The notes under the pieces are model-generated. The model made no database searches and was not told the origin of the DNA. It was given only the letters and a program-made list of their open reading frames with translations. A DNA stretch of 64,000 bases from NCBI GenBank assembly GCA_963667015.2, contig CAXXJJ010000004.1, positions 2,208,001 through 2,272,000 on the forward strand, in the 5' to 3' direction. This document shows positions 30,587 to 40,607 of the stretch, in pieces. A program made the translations under genes and the position numbers. The stretch comes from Desulfatiglandales bacterium (GTDB taxonomy: Bacteria > Desulfobacterota > DSM-4660 > Desulfatiglandales > HGW-15). Numbering within the stretch: position 1 is the first letter of the stretch; the number at the start of each line of letters is the position of its first letter.

Positions 30587-31570
30587 ATGTCCCCTGCTGT
30601 CTCTATCATCATCCCAACTGCAAATCGACCCCAATACCTGCCACGTGCAATTAGGAGTGCCCTCGAAGGAATGCAAGCAAGTGAAATTGAGGTGATAGTT
30701 ATACCTAACGGACCTGATGAATCATGGAAAAAGGCACTAAAACCATTTCAAAGCAATTCTTCTGTCCGAGTGATACCTATCAAAGAGGAGAATGGCAACA
30801 TTGCAAGAAATAGAGGTCTGGAAGAAGCTCGTGGGCAATATATACGTTTCCTTGATGATGATGATTACCTGTTACAAGAAGGAGCCATTAAGCAGTATGA
30901 ATTAATTCAATCTAGCAATGCAGATGTAGTTTCTGGCAGCGGAAATCTTATTGATGCGAAAGGAAGATGTTTCGATACATGGTATCAACCCGACCTCAAT
31001 GATTTTTGCGAGGCTGTTCTAGGCCCTTGGCGAGTTTGCCTCTCTATGGCCCATGTATATAAACACTCAATTATAAAAAACGCACGATGGAATCAAAAAA
31101 CATCTGGGCGTCAAGACGTTGAATGGCTGGTTAATTTATGCGCTGAAAAAGAATTAAATTGGAAAAAGATAGATTACAGCGTCGGTGCGTGGCAACATCA
31201 TTGGGGTTTAAGAATATCATCTTCGGAACATTTTAAAAAAATTCGCAATAAGATTTGTGTACCAATGCTTATGCGAGCATTTGAAAAGTTAAAAGAAGAG
31301 AATAGGCTAAGTGAAATGCGACGGAGAGCAGTATCCCTTGGTTTATGGGATTTTGTTCATGGCAGTTTTTTTCTGGAGCCATCTTACTGGAGCCAAATTG
31401 CTGCCACAGCTAATAAGATTGATCCTTCAGCAAGGCCGATACAACCAATCTATAATTTCTCAATTCTTCGCCACCTGAATCCAATAACAATTCAATGGAT
31501 GATGCTGCCTAAACGCTGGCTTTTTCACAAAAAGAAGTATTTATTTAGAATTCTCCACATCCATAACTAG
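30587..31570 (+). CDS. Glycosyltransferase family 2
   Basis: VSIIIPTANRP, ARNRG, FLDDDD; start revised to 30587. Confidence 0.88.
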   Translation: MSPAVSIIIPTANRPQYLPRAIRSALEGMQASEIEVIVIPNGPDESWKKALKPFQSNSSVRVIPIKEENGNIARNRGLEEARGQYIRFLDDDDYLLQEGAIKQYELIQSSNADVVSGSGNLIDAKGRCFDTWYQPDLNDFCEAVLGPWRVCLSMAHVYKHSIIKNARWNQKTSGRQDVEWLVNLCAEKELNWKKIDYSVGAWQHHWGLRISSSEHFKKIRNKICVPMLMRAFEKLKEENRLSEMRRRAVSLGLWDFVHGSFFLEPSYWSQIAATANKIDPSARPIQPIYNFSILRHLNPITIQWMMLPKRWLFHKKKYLFRILHIHN

Positions 31571-31629
31571 TTTTTTATTTTCAAACACTCCTCTTAACGG
31601 ATAAATGTCTTTTTCCTGAATTATAACAA

Positions 31630-32868
31630 ATGAATAATAAATATAAAAAATCCATTGGCTGGAAACTTATCAGCCGACTCGGAAATTTATTACTCCCGGT
31701 ATTAGCACTTTTATCATGGTCTATTATTCTTTTGCAAAAATTTACCAAAAAGGTCTATATTTTAAAACATAATCAGAAAAAAAATATTTTACTAATCACT
31801 CAGAATGGAATAGCAGCAGACCATATAAAGCTAATCAGGGATTTATTTAAAAATGATCCTAAACTCAACTTCGTTATCACTGATGACTCAATATTAAACA
31901 GTCATTTTTCAAAAGAAGAATTAGCATCCATTATCAATGAAAGTCAGATAAATATTATATACGCTCTATTACTGTATTGGGATTTAATAATTTTTGTCAA
32001 TCATCCATGGGCTCTCGGTGTATGGTTCGCTCCCTTCATTAAAAAAATATATATCAATCATGGAATATGGACTGGGAAAATAAATAACGACATAGGAGAA
32101 GATGGAGTCTATGGTAAAAGCAGAGTGATTCGACCTTATACAAGGCCTTTATATAACAAAATGTTTGCGGCAAGCTTTTTTGAAAAAAAACTAGCTATAA
32201 AATTAAATAACCAACTTAAATCTCGAATAGTAGTTACAGGTTTTCTGAGAGCAGATCTGATCCAAAAACTTCAAAAAGAAAAACGATACGAAATTAGAAG
32301 TAAACTAAATTTGTTGAACACCGATATAGTTGTTCATATCGTTTCAACATGGGGGCCATCATCACTATTTCAAACAATCGGTGATGAAATACTCATTGAG
32401 GCTTCAAAAATTACAAATAAATACAAATTTTTATTTTCATTACATCCAAGACATGATGAATTCGGCGATATTGAGGGGAGAAAGCGACAGGATATATTAG
32501 AAAATATAAAAACAAAAAATATAATGCCTGCTAGTGGACTGGCATGGCATGAACATGTAGTTGCAAGTGATGTGGTAATTTCAGACCATTCATCCCTATG
32601 CCTTTATTATGCTTTGTTGAATAAACCTGTAATATTAGCGCCTGTTAAAAATAACGCTTATATTAAGGGCTCAGTATTTGATCTTTTAAAAGAAATATCA
32701 TTAGAAATAAAGCATCCCGAAGACCTTGATAATACACTGCAAGAGGCTCTAAAAAACAAAAATAAGATATTACTGCAAAAATTCAGCTCAACAATTAGAA
32801 ACTATTCAGGCCAGGCTGATAAAAGATACAGAGAAGAAATATTCCGTATTCTAGAGGGACACAAATGA
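31630..32868 (+). CDS. CDP-glycerol glycerophosphotransferase (TagF-like) family protein
   Basis: INHG, VTGFLRAD, STWG, SLHP, SDVVISDHSS..LNKPVI. Confidence 0.7.
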   Translation: MNNKYKKSIGWKLISRLGNLLLPVLALLSWSIILLQKFTKKVYILKHNQKKNILLITQNGIAADHIKLIRDLFKNDPKLNFVITDDSILNSHFSKEELASIINESQINIIYALLLYWDLIIFVNHPWALGVWFAPFIKKIYINHGIWTGKINNDIGEDGVYGKSRVIRPYTRPLYNKMFAASFFEKKLAIKLNNQLKSRIVVTGFLRADLIQKLQKEKRYEIRSKLNLLNTDIVVHIVSTWGPSSLFQTIGDEILIEASKITNKYKFLFSLHPRHDEFGDIEGRKRQDILENIKTKNIMPASGLAWHEHVVASDVVISDHSSLCLYYALLNKPVILAPVKNNAYIKGSVFDLLKEISLEIKHPEDLDNTLQEALKNKNKILLQKFSSTIRNYSGQADKRYREEIFRILEGHK

Positions 32869-33263
32869 AAGTTATTACATTCGGCTCATTTGATGTTTTT
32901 CATGTGGGACATCTGCATATATTACAACGCGCGCGTGAATTCGGAGATTACCTACTGGTAGGTGTATCATCTGATTCATTGCATTTTTCTAAAAAAAAGC
33001 GAGCCCCTTTTTACAGCCATTCTGAACGCATGGAAATTATAAGTGCATTATCCTGTGTTGATAAAGTATTTCTGGAAGAATCTCTCGAACTTAAACGCCA
33101 ATATATTATTAAATATAACGCGGATATATTAATCATGGGTGATGACTGGGATGGTAAATTTGATAAATTTGGAGATATTTGCCAAGTTGTCTATCTACCC
33201 AGGACTCCAGCCATTTCTACAACTGCCGTTATTGAAAAAATAAGAATGCCACTAGCAGAATAA
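32865..33263 (+). CDS. tagD: Glycerol-3-phosphate cytidylyltransferase-like
   Basis: FGSFDVFHVGH, GVSSD, MGDDW, LPRTPAISTT. Confidence 0.8.
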   Translation: MKVITFGSFDVFHVGHLHILQRAREFGDYLLVGVSSDSLHFSKKKRAPFYSHSERMEIISALSCVDKVFLEESLELKRQYIIKYNADILIMGDDWDGKFDKFGDICQVVYLPRTPAISTTAVIEKIRMPLAE

Positions 33264-33265
33264 AC

Positions 33266-34516
33266 ATGAGTCATATGTTAATTGATATCTTAGAAGCCAT
33301 CAAACAGACCTTTATAGCACTGGCTGGATGGATATTTGGGTTCCCATTATCGCTAATGATAAAAAGAAATCAGAATCTGATTGTTGTAATGAGTAGTCAG
33401 GGAAGTTCATTTGCGGATAATAGTAAATATTTTTATGTATATTCGGAATATCTGGTCCAAGCCGGTAAAAGAATAGTGTATCTGACAGGGAACTACAATG
33501 TTAAAGATCTTATCAATAATGCCGGCGGTGAATCGGTTATTCATCCTTCATGGAGGTCGATTTTTTTACTATTAAAGTGCGGAATATTTGTAACCGACTG
33601 GGTGATTTTTAATATATACCCAATAATCTGTGGTGCAAAATATATTCAAATATGGCATGGTGCGCCTCTAAAGCATATTGAATTGGATTTATTTCATAAA
33701 AGACTTGAGACTGAACTATCATGGATGCGAATCATACTTCGTATCCAGAAAAAAATAATAGGTCGGTACCCAACCTATAATTTACTTGTCGCAACATCAA
33801 AAGGTTTTATATCATCAGCATTCCGCACATGCATGAATGCCAGAATTTCTATAGCTTCAGGATACCCGAGAGATGACATTTTATTCGACTGGGACTACCT
33901 GGATCCTAAGAAAAAAAGATTGGCTAGTATCAATGTTGACCAACAGGCAATAGATAAAGCAATAGCAGCCAAATCAAATGGCAGTAACGTCTGTTTATAT
34001 GTTCCAACATTCCGAAGAGATATGAGCAATCCATTTGAAACACAGGTGAATTTAAAACGCCTATCAGCATTTGCTCAAAAGTATAATCTTTTTATTATTC
34101 TAAAATTGCACAAACTTATGTATGGACGTTATAGTATAGAAAGTTATCCCCACATAATCGAGTATTCATCACTCGGTGACATATATCCCATTATGCCATA
34201 TAGTGATTTCTTAATTACAGATTATTCTTCAATTTTCTTTGATTATTTACTTTTTGATCGCCCGATTATTTTTTTTGCATATGATTTAGACTCCTATATA
34301 AGTAAAGATCGAAATATGTATTTTGATTATTTCTCTATGACTCCAGGAATAAAGTGCACTAGTTATGATGAATTGGAAAAAAACTTAGAATTGCTGTTAA
34401 AATCAGAGTGTATTGACCAATATGCTGATTTCAGAAAAAAAATTACTGCCTTTACTCATGACCATATTGATAATAAAGCACATCAACGATTGTACGATGA
34501 GATATTAAACCTTTGA
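33266..34516 (+). CDS. CDP-glycerol glycerophosphotransferase (TagF/TagB family)
   Basis: FADNSKY, QIWHGAPLK, GYPRDD, LYVPTFR, ITDYSSIFFDY. Confidence 0.9.
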   Translation: MSHMLIDILEAIKQTFIALAGWIFGFPLSLMIKRNQNLIVVMSSQGSSFADNSKYFYVYSEYLVQAGKRIVYLTGNYNVKDLINNAGGESVIHPSWRSIFLLLKCGIFVTDWVIFNIYPIICGAKYIQIWHGAPLKHIELDLFHKRLETELSWMRIILRIQKKIIGRYPTYNLLVATSKGFISSAFRTCMNARISIASGYPRDDILFDWDYLDPKKKRLASINVDQQAIDKAIAAKSNGSNVCLYVPTFRRDMSNPFETQVNLKRLSAFAQKYNLFIILKLHKLMYGRYSIESYPHIIEYSSLGDIYPIMPYSDFLITDYSSIFFDYLLFDRPIIFFAYDLDSYISKDRNMYFDYFSMTPGIKCTSYDELEKNLELLLKSECIDQYADFRKKITAFTHDHIDNKAHQRLYDEILNL

Positions 34517-35715
34517 AAATCTGTATTATTACTGCAAGCTTAAATCATGGTGGGGCTTCCGCCGTTGCGCAGGATGTTGCAAAAGGTATGGCTCAAAAAG
34601 GTCATGATGTTCTGTTTGTCTGCTCTGGAGAAAAATCCAAAAGCTATTTTCAAAATGGATATAGCATTAGGATTCTTTCAAATATTCTAAAAAATCCTGC
34701 CTATCATTATGCCAATCCGCTGCTCATGATCAAGTTATACTACCTGCTCCAAAGATTTAAACCGGACGTTCTTAATATCCATAATATAAATCTCCAGACT
34801 TTTTCTCTTTGCACTTTGTTATTTTCTCTCAAATATCCGACAGTATGGACCTTACATGACCTCTGGTCTATATGCATGACAGGCTGGCCATCCCCTCCTG
34901 ATTGTAATCAAATCTTACAACGCTGCTCTACTTGTCCGACATGGTCGACGCCTGTCACTTGGTTTAGCAGATTAATAAAAGAGACTGTTTTCTTTCTGTC
35001 TAAAATAAGTATTGTATGTCCAAGCAAGTGGATGAAGGCAATGATTCGCAATAGCAGGCTTACAAATAAAACTGCTTGTATAGTCCATAATGGAATTGAA
35101 AAAATATTTTACTCAAGTAAAATTGAAGAGAATCAAAACCTAAAAATAGAGCTATCGTCTCAAAAAAAAGTATTGCTTTTCTCTGGTGGCAAAAAATTAG
35201 CAGGACAACTACCAGCAGAGAGGAAAGGATTGGAATATTTATTTTCGGCTCTTAGTCTGCTTGGAAAAAATCGAACCGATGTTGAACTTCTTTATATAGG
35301 TGATCCAATTGACTTGCCTCATGACTTCAAGATACCTATCCAGTTTAAAACTGGGATAAGTCGTATGGAAATGAAAAAGTACTATGAAATTGCAGATCTA
35401 TTTGTTTTACCGACGCTTGCGGATAACTTTCCACTTACTATTCTTGAGGCTATGGCATGCAAGACACCAATTATTTCTACCAATGTTGGAGGTATCCCTG
35501 AGATAATAACTTCCGATGAGACTGGGATTCTGTGCCAGCCAAAGGATTATAAAACGCTTGCAAAAAAAATTGATTATGCTCTATCAAACCCTGATCGCTG
35601 TTCTGAAATGGCTGAAAATGCATATCAACGACTTAAAAAGACATTTACCTTTGAAAGAATGATCGACAAATATGAAGAGGTATATATTAAGACAATAGCA
35701 GACAGGAGAAAATAA
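34513..35715 (+). CDS. Glycosyltransferase family 4
   Basis: VWTLHDLW, ERKG, ADNFPLTILEAMAC..GGIPEII; TTG start. Confidence 0.9.
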   Translation: MKICIITASLNHGGASAVAQDVAKGMAQKGHDVLFVCSGEKSKSYFQNGYSIRILSNILKNPAYHYANPLLMIKLYYLLQRFKPDVLNIHNINLQTFSLCTLLFSLKYPTVWTLHDLWSICMTGWPSPPDCNQILQRCSTCPTWSTPVTWFSRLIKETVFFLSKISIVCPSKWMKAMIRNSRLTNKTACIVHNGIEKIFYSSKIEENQNLKIELSSQKKVLLFSGGKKLAGQLPAERKGLEYLFSALSLLGKNRTDVELLYIGDPIDLPHDFKIPIQFKTGISRMEMKKYYEIADLFVLPTLADNFPLTILEAMACKTPIISTNVGGIPEIITSDETGILCQPKDYKTLAKKIDYALSNPDRCSEMAENAYQRLKKTFTFERMIDKYEEVYIKTIADRRK

Positions 35716-35716
35716 C

Positions 35717-35880
35717 CTATCGTTGTTTCTCACTCAGCACATAAAACAGATGGCTCAAGGGCAGTTTGAGAACGCCTTTTCTGAAAGCCATATCCCTTCT
35801 TCCAAGGTATTTCATCCAGCCGGGGTAACTCTTATTTTTCACATAATCCCAAATAGGTACTTTCCATTCAGGTTTTTTTA
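35717..35880 (-). pseudogene. Remnant copy of the 3' end of the methyltransferase gene at 36985-37788
   Basis: 35738-35875 aligns ungapped to 37000-37137 with about 20 mismatches in 138 bp (hand count). Confidence 0.85.
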
Positions 35881-35952
35881 AGATTACATTTATTCGTACG
35901 TTATATACTGCATTGAGATTATAAAGATCACTCTCAGCTTTGATCACTAATC

Positions 35953-36075
35953 TCACTCATTAATCTCATTAATAAAATGCCCAAGCGGTGAAACTGTTAC
36001 CCCTTTTTCAATTTGATAGGCCTCTTTTACAGGCGCAATAATCCATACCTCTTCCAGAGAAAGGTCTCTTAATAT
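35953..36075 (-). pseudogene. C-terminal remnant of an AAA+ ATPase/DUF4143-type gene
   Basis: LRDLSLEEVWIIAPVKEAYQIEKGVTVSPL resembles the family C-terminus (recall); no N-terminal ATPase present. Confidence 0.5.
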
Positions 36076-36162
36076 ATATTGCATATTGGAAGACCACCTT
36101 CCAATATACAATATACCAGGTTTTAATCTGGCACCTGGATGGATATGAGTCATAAAACAAGA

Positions 36163-36600
36163 TTATTTAATTGATTTATGTATCAATAATCCTTCTTTCT
36201 TGGCTGCCCGATTCAAAACCCGATCAAAGCATGAAAAGAATAAATCTGTACCGTCTCCCTCCTCATACAATATAAGCGCTGAAGCCAGGTGAACAGCATC
36301 ATAGCCCCTGAGTCCATGTTTAAAGATAAGTTCACTTGTTCTAAAGATTATATTTTCAGTCACGTTAATCCATCTAAAACCATCCCATATTCGCCTGAAT
36401 TCACCAACAATATTCTTGACATCAGCCTTTTTACAGCGACCTTCTCTTCCTGCGCGGTTAAAAGCAGACAAAACCTCAGGATATGAAAGAATAGATGTAA
36501 AAGCGATGTAACTATCACCCTTAAGCGATCTTGCAAGGTTAGAGTTTGGTTCATCAAAAAACCACTTCACGATACTGCTGCTATCAAAATAGGCGATCAC
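36163..36600 (-). CDS. vapC: VapC (PIN) toxin
   Basis: AYFDSSSIVK, LRGYDAVHLASAL, FDRVLNRAA. Confidence 0.92.
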   Translation of the reverse strand: MIAYFDSSSIVKWFFDEPNSNLARSLKGDSYIAFTSILSYPEVLSAFNRAGREGRCKKADVKNIVGEFRRIWDGFRWINVTENIIFRTSELIFKHGLRGYDAVHLASALILYEEGDGTDLFFSCFDRVLNRAAKKEGLLIHKSIK

Positions 36601-36869
36601 CTTCGATCCTCTATTATTATTTCAGAAACAGGTTTATCAGGCATGGTATTTTTTACAGTCTTTATATTTCCAATAACCCCTTTGCCCCCACCCAAAAGAC
36701 CTTTCTTCTGTAATGCATCCAGAAGCTTCTGCTCTTTGCTTTGAGTTAGCGGCTGCATTTCAACAACAGCCTTCCCATGTCGCATTACCCTGATAACTTC
36801 ACCATTCTCAACTTTTTTCAGGACACTGCTGAGATTATCTCTTAGTTCCTTAACCCCTATATTTTCCAT
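36597..36869 (-). CDS. Phd/YefM family antitoxin
   Basis: IGVKELRDNLSSVLKKVENGE..RHGKAV; start revised to 36869. Confidence 0.9.
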   Translation of the reverse strand: MENIGVKELRDNLSSVLKKVENGEVIRVMRHGKAVVEMQPLTQSKEQKLLDALQKKGLLGGGKGVIGNIKTVKNTMPDKPVSEIIIEDRR

Positions 36870-36899
36870 TTTTAACACCCATATTTTTATGTACACACT

Positions 36900-36936
36900 T
36901 ACAATAAATTGTAGCCATAATATAATGAGAAGTCAA
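36900..36936 (-). promoter_or_regulatory. Sigma70 promoter of TA pair with a palindrome on the -10
   Basis: Minus strand TTGACT-N17-TACAAT; palindrome TACAAT-AA-ATTGTA at 36900-36913. Confidence 0.65.
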
Positions 36937-36984
36937 AATATAATTTTCATCCATACAATCGGGATTTTAATAGACAAACTACCC

Positions 36985-37788
36985 CTACCTTGTCCCTATC
37001 ACATAAAAAAGATGACTCATAGGCAGTTTTAAGACACCCTTCCTGAAAGCCATATCCCACCTGCCCAGATATTTCATCCAGCCCGGGTAACTATTATTTT
37101 TCACATAATTCAAAATAGGTACTTCCCATTCAGGTTTCCTCTTTAATACTTCATTTATTTTATTCCCATATCTTCTGTGCAGTCTTACATCCCTTGGTCC
37201 GCTTGGGTCCGGCCATCCGGGAGTATCGATCGCTCCATAATCTGCTACCTTGAGGCCTGCATTCCTGAACATTCTTTTTACCTTTGTCATATGGTTGTAT
37301 TTTACCTGCCCGTGTGTCCATGGAAAACCAAATATCATATGTAAAAACCTGTGCCACGGATAACCGGGCTGAAAATTGTTGCAGGTTACAAGCAGCACGT
37401 ATTTTTTTGATATTCGTTTCATTTCCTTTAGGAAGAGCTCCGGATTATCAAGCTCAGTCCATGTAACAAAGTTCCAGGCCATATCAAAACTACTGTCATC
37501 AAAGGATGTATGACAAACATCCGGACATTTAACAGTTTTCACTTTATTTTCAATTCCCAATTCATTCCAGCCATACATCATCTCATCTTCAGGATTTACA
37601 AGGGTTACATCGCATCCCGCAAGACCAAAACCTATGGAATATAAAGACCCGGCTGCTTTGGCTCCATGACTGGGCATCTCTACTATATTTTTCAGGTTAA
37701 GGTCTTTTGTGAGTATTCGATGCAGATTAAGGAGCACATACCTGTCATAGGTCACACCAAAGACTTCGACTTCTTTTTTATTTTTCAT
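36985..37788 (-). CDS. Class I SAM-dependent methyltransferase-like protein
   Basis: TSFDDSSFDMAWN..FLKEMKRISKKYVL; atypical motif I. Confidence 0.65.
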   Translation of the reverse strand: MKNKKEVEVFGVTYDRYVLLNLHRILTKDLNLKNIVEMPSHGAKAAGSLYSIGFGLAGCDVTLVNPEDEMMYGWNELGIENKVKTVKCPDVCHTSFDDSSFDMAWNFVTWTELDNPELFLKEMKRISKKYVLLVTCNNFQPGYPWHRFLHMIFGFPWTHGQVKYNHMTKVKRMFRNAGLKVADYGAIDTPGWPDPSGPRDVRLHRRYGNKINEVLKRKPEWEVPILNYVKNNSYPGWMKYLGRWDMAFRKGVLKLPMSHLFYVIGTR

Positions 37789-37798
37789 ATTTCCTATC

Positions 37799-38788
37799 CT
37801 ATATCCAGCCATTTTCCCTGTACCACATCACAGTGTCATTTAATCCTTCTTCAGGATCAATAGATGGATTAAATCCAAGTTCCCTCTGGGCCTTATCAAT
37901 AGAAAAAGCCCTGTCTGCAAGCGTAGACTCAATATTCTTCCTTGCAACAAAAGGCGAGACCCCAATCAGGTTACTCAGCTTCTCAATGCCTGATGCAGCA
38001 GTAAGCGCTGCCCACTCCGGCAAAGGAACAGTAATGCAGGTTATTTCAAGGGCCTTTGCAATTATCCTGAGTATTCTATCAAATGGTTCTGAATCTGTAT
38101 TTGTTATTAGGTAGGTTTCTCCCAATTTTCCCTTTTCCATTGCCAGCATTAATCCTTCAACTGCATCCTCAACATGAATAAGTGGAGTAAGTTTAGGCCT
38201 GTTACCAATTTTTGGTATTATTCTTCTTTTTACAAGACGTGTTATCCTGAGCATATCACGCCAGTCACCGGGTCCATATACCATTGAGAACCTGATTATA
38301 ACAGCAGGCAATTCCTGTTCCTTAAAAAGTTTTCGTATTAGTTCCTCAGCATGAAGTTTACTCAGACCATAGGGATGATGGGGTCTGCATTCACTTTCCT
38401 CATTGGCAGGGACATCATCACATATACCCATTGCAGCGACACTGCTGCAGTACACAATCTTTTTTACCCCTGCGGCTACTGTCTCATCAATTATATTTTT
38501 TGTCCCCTTCACATTTACATCTTCAAACATTCGCTCCGGGGCCTTAAAATTATGAACATGCCCCAGTGTCGCGAGATGAAACACGCCATGCATACCGGAG
38601 GCAATATTTTTTATACTGTTTTTGTCTGTCACATCCCCTTCTATCAGTTCAACATTTGGGAGCCCGGATAGGCTCTCAGCTTTTTTCTTTGATCTTACAA
38701 GGCATCTGCAGGAGTGCCTCTGAGAAACAAGCTTCTTTACCAGCCATGGCCCTATAAAACCGGATGCCCCTGTTATAAGATAATCCAC
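37799..38788 (-). CDS. NAD-dependent epimerase/dehydratase
   Basis: ITGASGFIG, YGLSK, VYGPGD. Confidence 0.92.
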   Translation of the reverse strand: MDYLITGASGFIGPWLVKKLVSQRHSCRCLVRSKKKAESLSGLPNVELIEGDVTDKNSIKNIASGMHGVFHLATLGHVHNFKAPERMFEDVNVKGTKNIIDETVAAGVKKIVYCSSVAAMGICDDVPANEESECRPHHPYGLSKLHAEELIRKLFKEQELPAVIIRFSMVYGPGDWRDMLRITRLVKRRIIPKIGNRPKLTPLIHVEDAVEGLMLAMEKGKLGETYLITNTDSEPFDRILRIIAKALEITCITVPLPEWAALTAASGIEKLSNLIGVSPFVARKNIESTLADRAFSIDKAQRELGFNPSIDPEEGLNDTVMWYRENGWI

Positions 38789-38800
38789 CCCTGCCCCTCT

Positions 38801-39466
38801 CTATATACCTGTAATCTTCTGCCAGTAGTAAAATATCCATGCGCCATATTCGGCGAGAACCCACCTGACCTGACGCCCCTGCTTCCACCAAGATGAAGGA
38901 TCAAAGGGATCAGTCTTTGCAGAAACAGAAGCAATATTCAATTTATCTTTATACATTTCTTTCCATATGTGTGCTGCACGTCTTGTATGGAATTTACTTG
39001 TTATAAGGATTATTTTTTCATATCCCTGTTTAACTATATCTTCACCCACAGCTTCGGCCTCACTCACGGTATCATATGCATCTTCGGCACTGACATGTAT
39101 TACATCATACCCTGGAACACCAAGTACTTCAAGGATCCGAACACTGTCCTCATACCAGGGGCAAGATCTTTCAAAACCCATGGCTTCAAGTTCACGTAAT
39201 GAATCGGTTTTACGATTTCCATTGATCACTATCTTTTTTACCAGCCCCTTTTTGTATATTGAGGCAGCTTCAATAAGACGTGGATAATATTCGACTCCTG
39301 TATTTAAAATAACCGCAGTATCTGATTCAATTGGCGTATCATCATAAATAAGTGTTTCACCGATATACTTTAATATTTTGTCCGACAGTAAAAACACTCC
39401 AATCAAAACACATAATAAAAAAAGTGCGACAGTATATATTTTTTGTTTTCGAGTAACTTTTTTCAT
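38801..39466 (-). CDS. YdcF/DUF218 family protein
   Basis: N-terminal TM; DTVSEA, ITSKFHTRRA, LAEY. Confidence 0.85.
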   Translation of the reverse strand: MKKVTRKQKIYTVALFLLCVLIGVFLLSDKILKYIGETLIYDDTPIESDTAVILNTGVEYYPRLIEAASIYKKGLVKKIVINGNRKTDSLRELEAMGFERSCPWYEDSVRILEVLGVPGYDVIHVSAEDAYDTVSEAEAVGEDIVKQGYEKIILITSKFHTRRAAHIWKEMYKDKLNIASVSAKTDPFDPSSWWKQGRQVRWVLAEYGAWIFYYWQKITGI

Positions 39467-39476
39467 TATACTTTAA

Positions 39477-40607
39477 TCAGCCGAATATAATATTTTTTAT
39501 AACTTTAGAAAGGGATGGCAGATGCATAAGTATATTCGAATAGGTCTGGTTGGCTAGCGGGCAATAACATCTCTTTTCTTTTATAAACTTTCGTATCTGT
39601 CGAGCATTTTCACTGTTCCATAGTTTCCTGAAATCATGATTATAATCTCTTACATTACCCATTGATTTTTCATATCCGAGAGTACAGCAGGGCCATATAT
39701 CACCGTATGCACTCATGTGTGCATTTGATACACCTGCATAACATGGAATTACCTGGGTGTTTTTCTCCATAACTCTTATTGCAATGCGGTAATAGACCAG
39801 GCGAAATGCGTTATTGATCCTCTGAAAAAAGGGAAGATTATTTTTGTTTTCATGTATCTGTCTAACAAAAGAATCGATTGCCTTTCTATATTGCTCGACT
39901 CCGGGAGTTATAGGATCTTCAATATTGAACATCTCGGCTCTTTTTTCTGCGATCTCATTCCTGTAGCTGTCCGGCTCCATTCCAAGAGCAAACCTTGATA
40001 TCTCTTCAATGTCATTTACATTCCAGCTTGAAATAACAGTCCCCAGCTCTACATGAAGATTGGGATACTCCGCCTTCATTCCTTTCAATCTTTTGAAAAG
40101 GTCCGCTACCTTTTTGAAATTCCCTTTAATTCCTCTTATTTCATCATGTTTTTCTCCTGCATGATCGAGGCTGGGCTTTACTGTTAATTGAATACCTGGC
40201 CTTACCCTTTTAATTATATCCAGTATCTCTCTGGTTTTCTTTTCAACAAGATCGACAGCTATGGCATTGGTGGGGATATGAATAATAGCCGGTGTAAGAT
40301 ACCTGCACGCCAGTTCTATAATTTGAGTAAAATCCGGTCTCAGGAATGGTTCGCCGCCACTTATATTACAGATATACACATGCCCAAGTGACTTGAATAT
40401 CTTTTCTATTTCGTTGATAGTAAGTTCTTCTTTTCTTTTATAAGGATTGTCCCTGTACAGCTTCCATATACTGCATGTCCTGCATCGGGACTGGCATAGA
40501 TTTGTTACGGAAAATGTGAGATTAAGAGGTGTGCCCGGAGATACCAGTCCAAGTCTGAAAAGGCGGTAGCGTATTATTTTTGGTAATATTTCTTTTATAT
40601 ATCCCAT
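39477..40607 (-). CDS. Radical SAM/SPASM-domain protein
   Basis: CQSRCRTC, SGGEPFLR, CYAG..GDIWPCC..CYC. Confidence 0.92.
   Translation of the reverse strand: MGYIKEILPKIIRYRLFRLGLVSPGTPLNLTFSVTNLCQSRCRTCSIWKLYRDNPYKRKEELTINEIEKIFKSLGHVYICNISGGEPFLRPDFTQIIELACRYLTPAIIHIPTNAIAVDLVEKKTREILDIIKRVRPGIQLTVKPSLDHAGEKHDEIRGIKGNFKKVADLFKRLKGMKAEYPNLHVELGTVISSWNVNDIEEISRFALGMEPDSYRNEIAEKRAEMFNIEDPITPGVEQYRKAIDSFVRQIHENKNNLPFFQRINNAFRLVYYRIAIRVMEKNTQVIPCYAGVSNAHMSAYGDIWPCCTLGYEKSMGNVRDYNHDFRKLWNSENARQIRKFIKEKRCYCPLANQTYSNILMHLPSLSKVIKNIIFG

Noticed and set aside
35717..36153. ORFs 35717-35956 and 35953-36153 as intact genes
   Set aside because: Only their C-terminal parts resemble real proteins; treated as remnants
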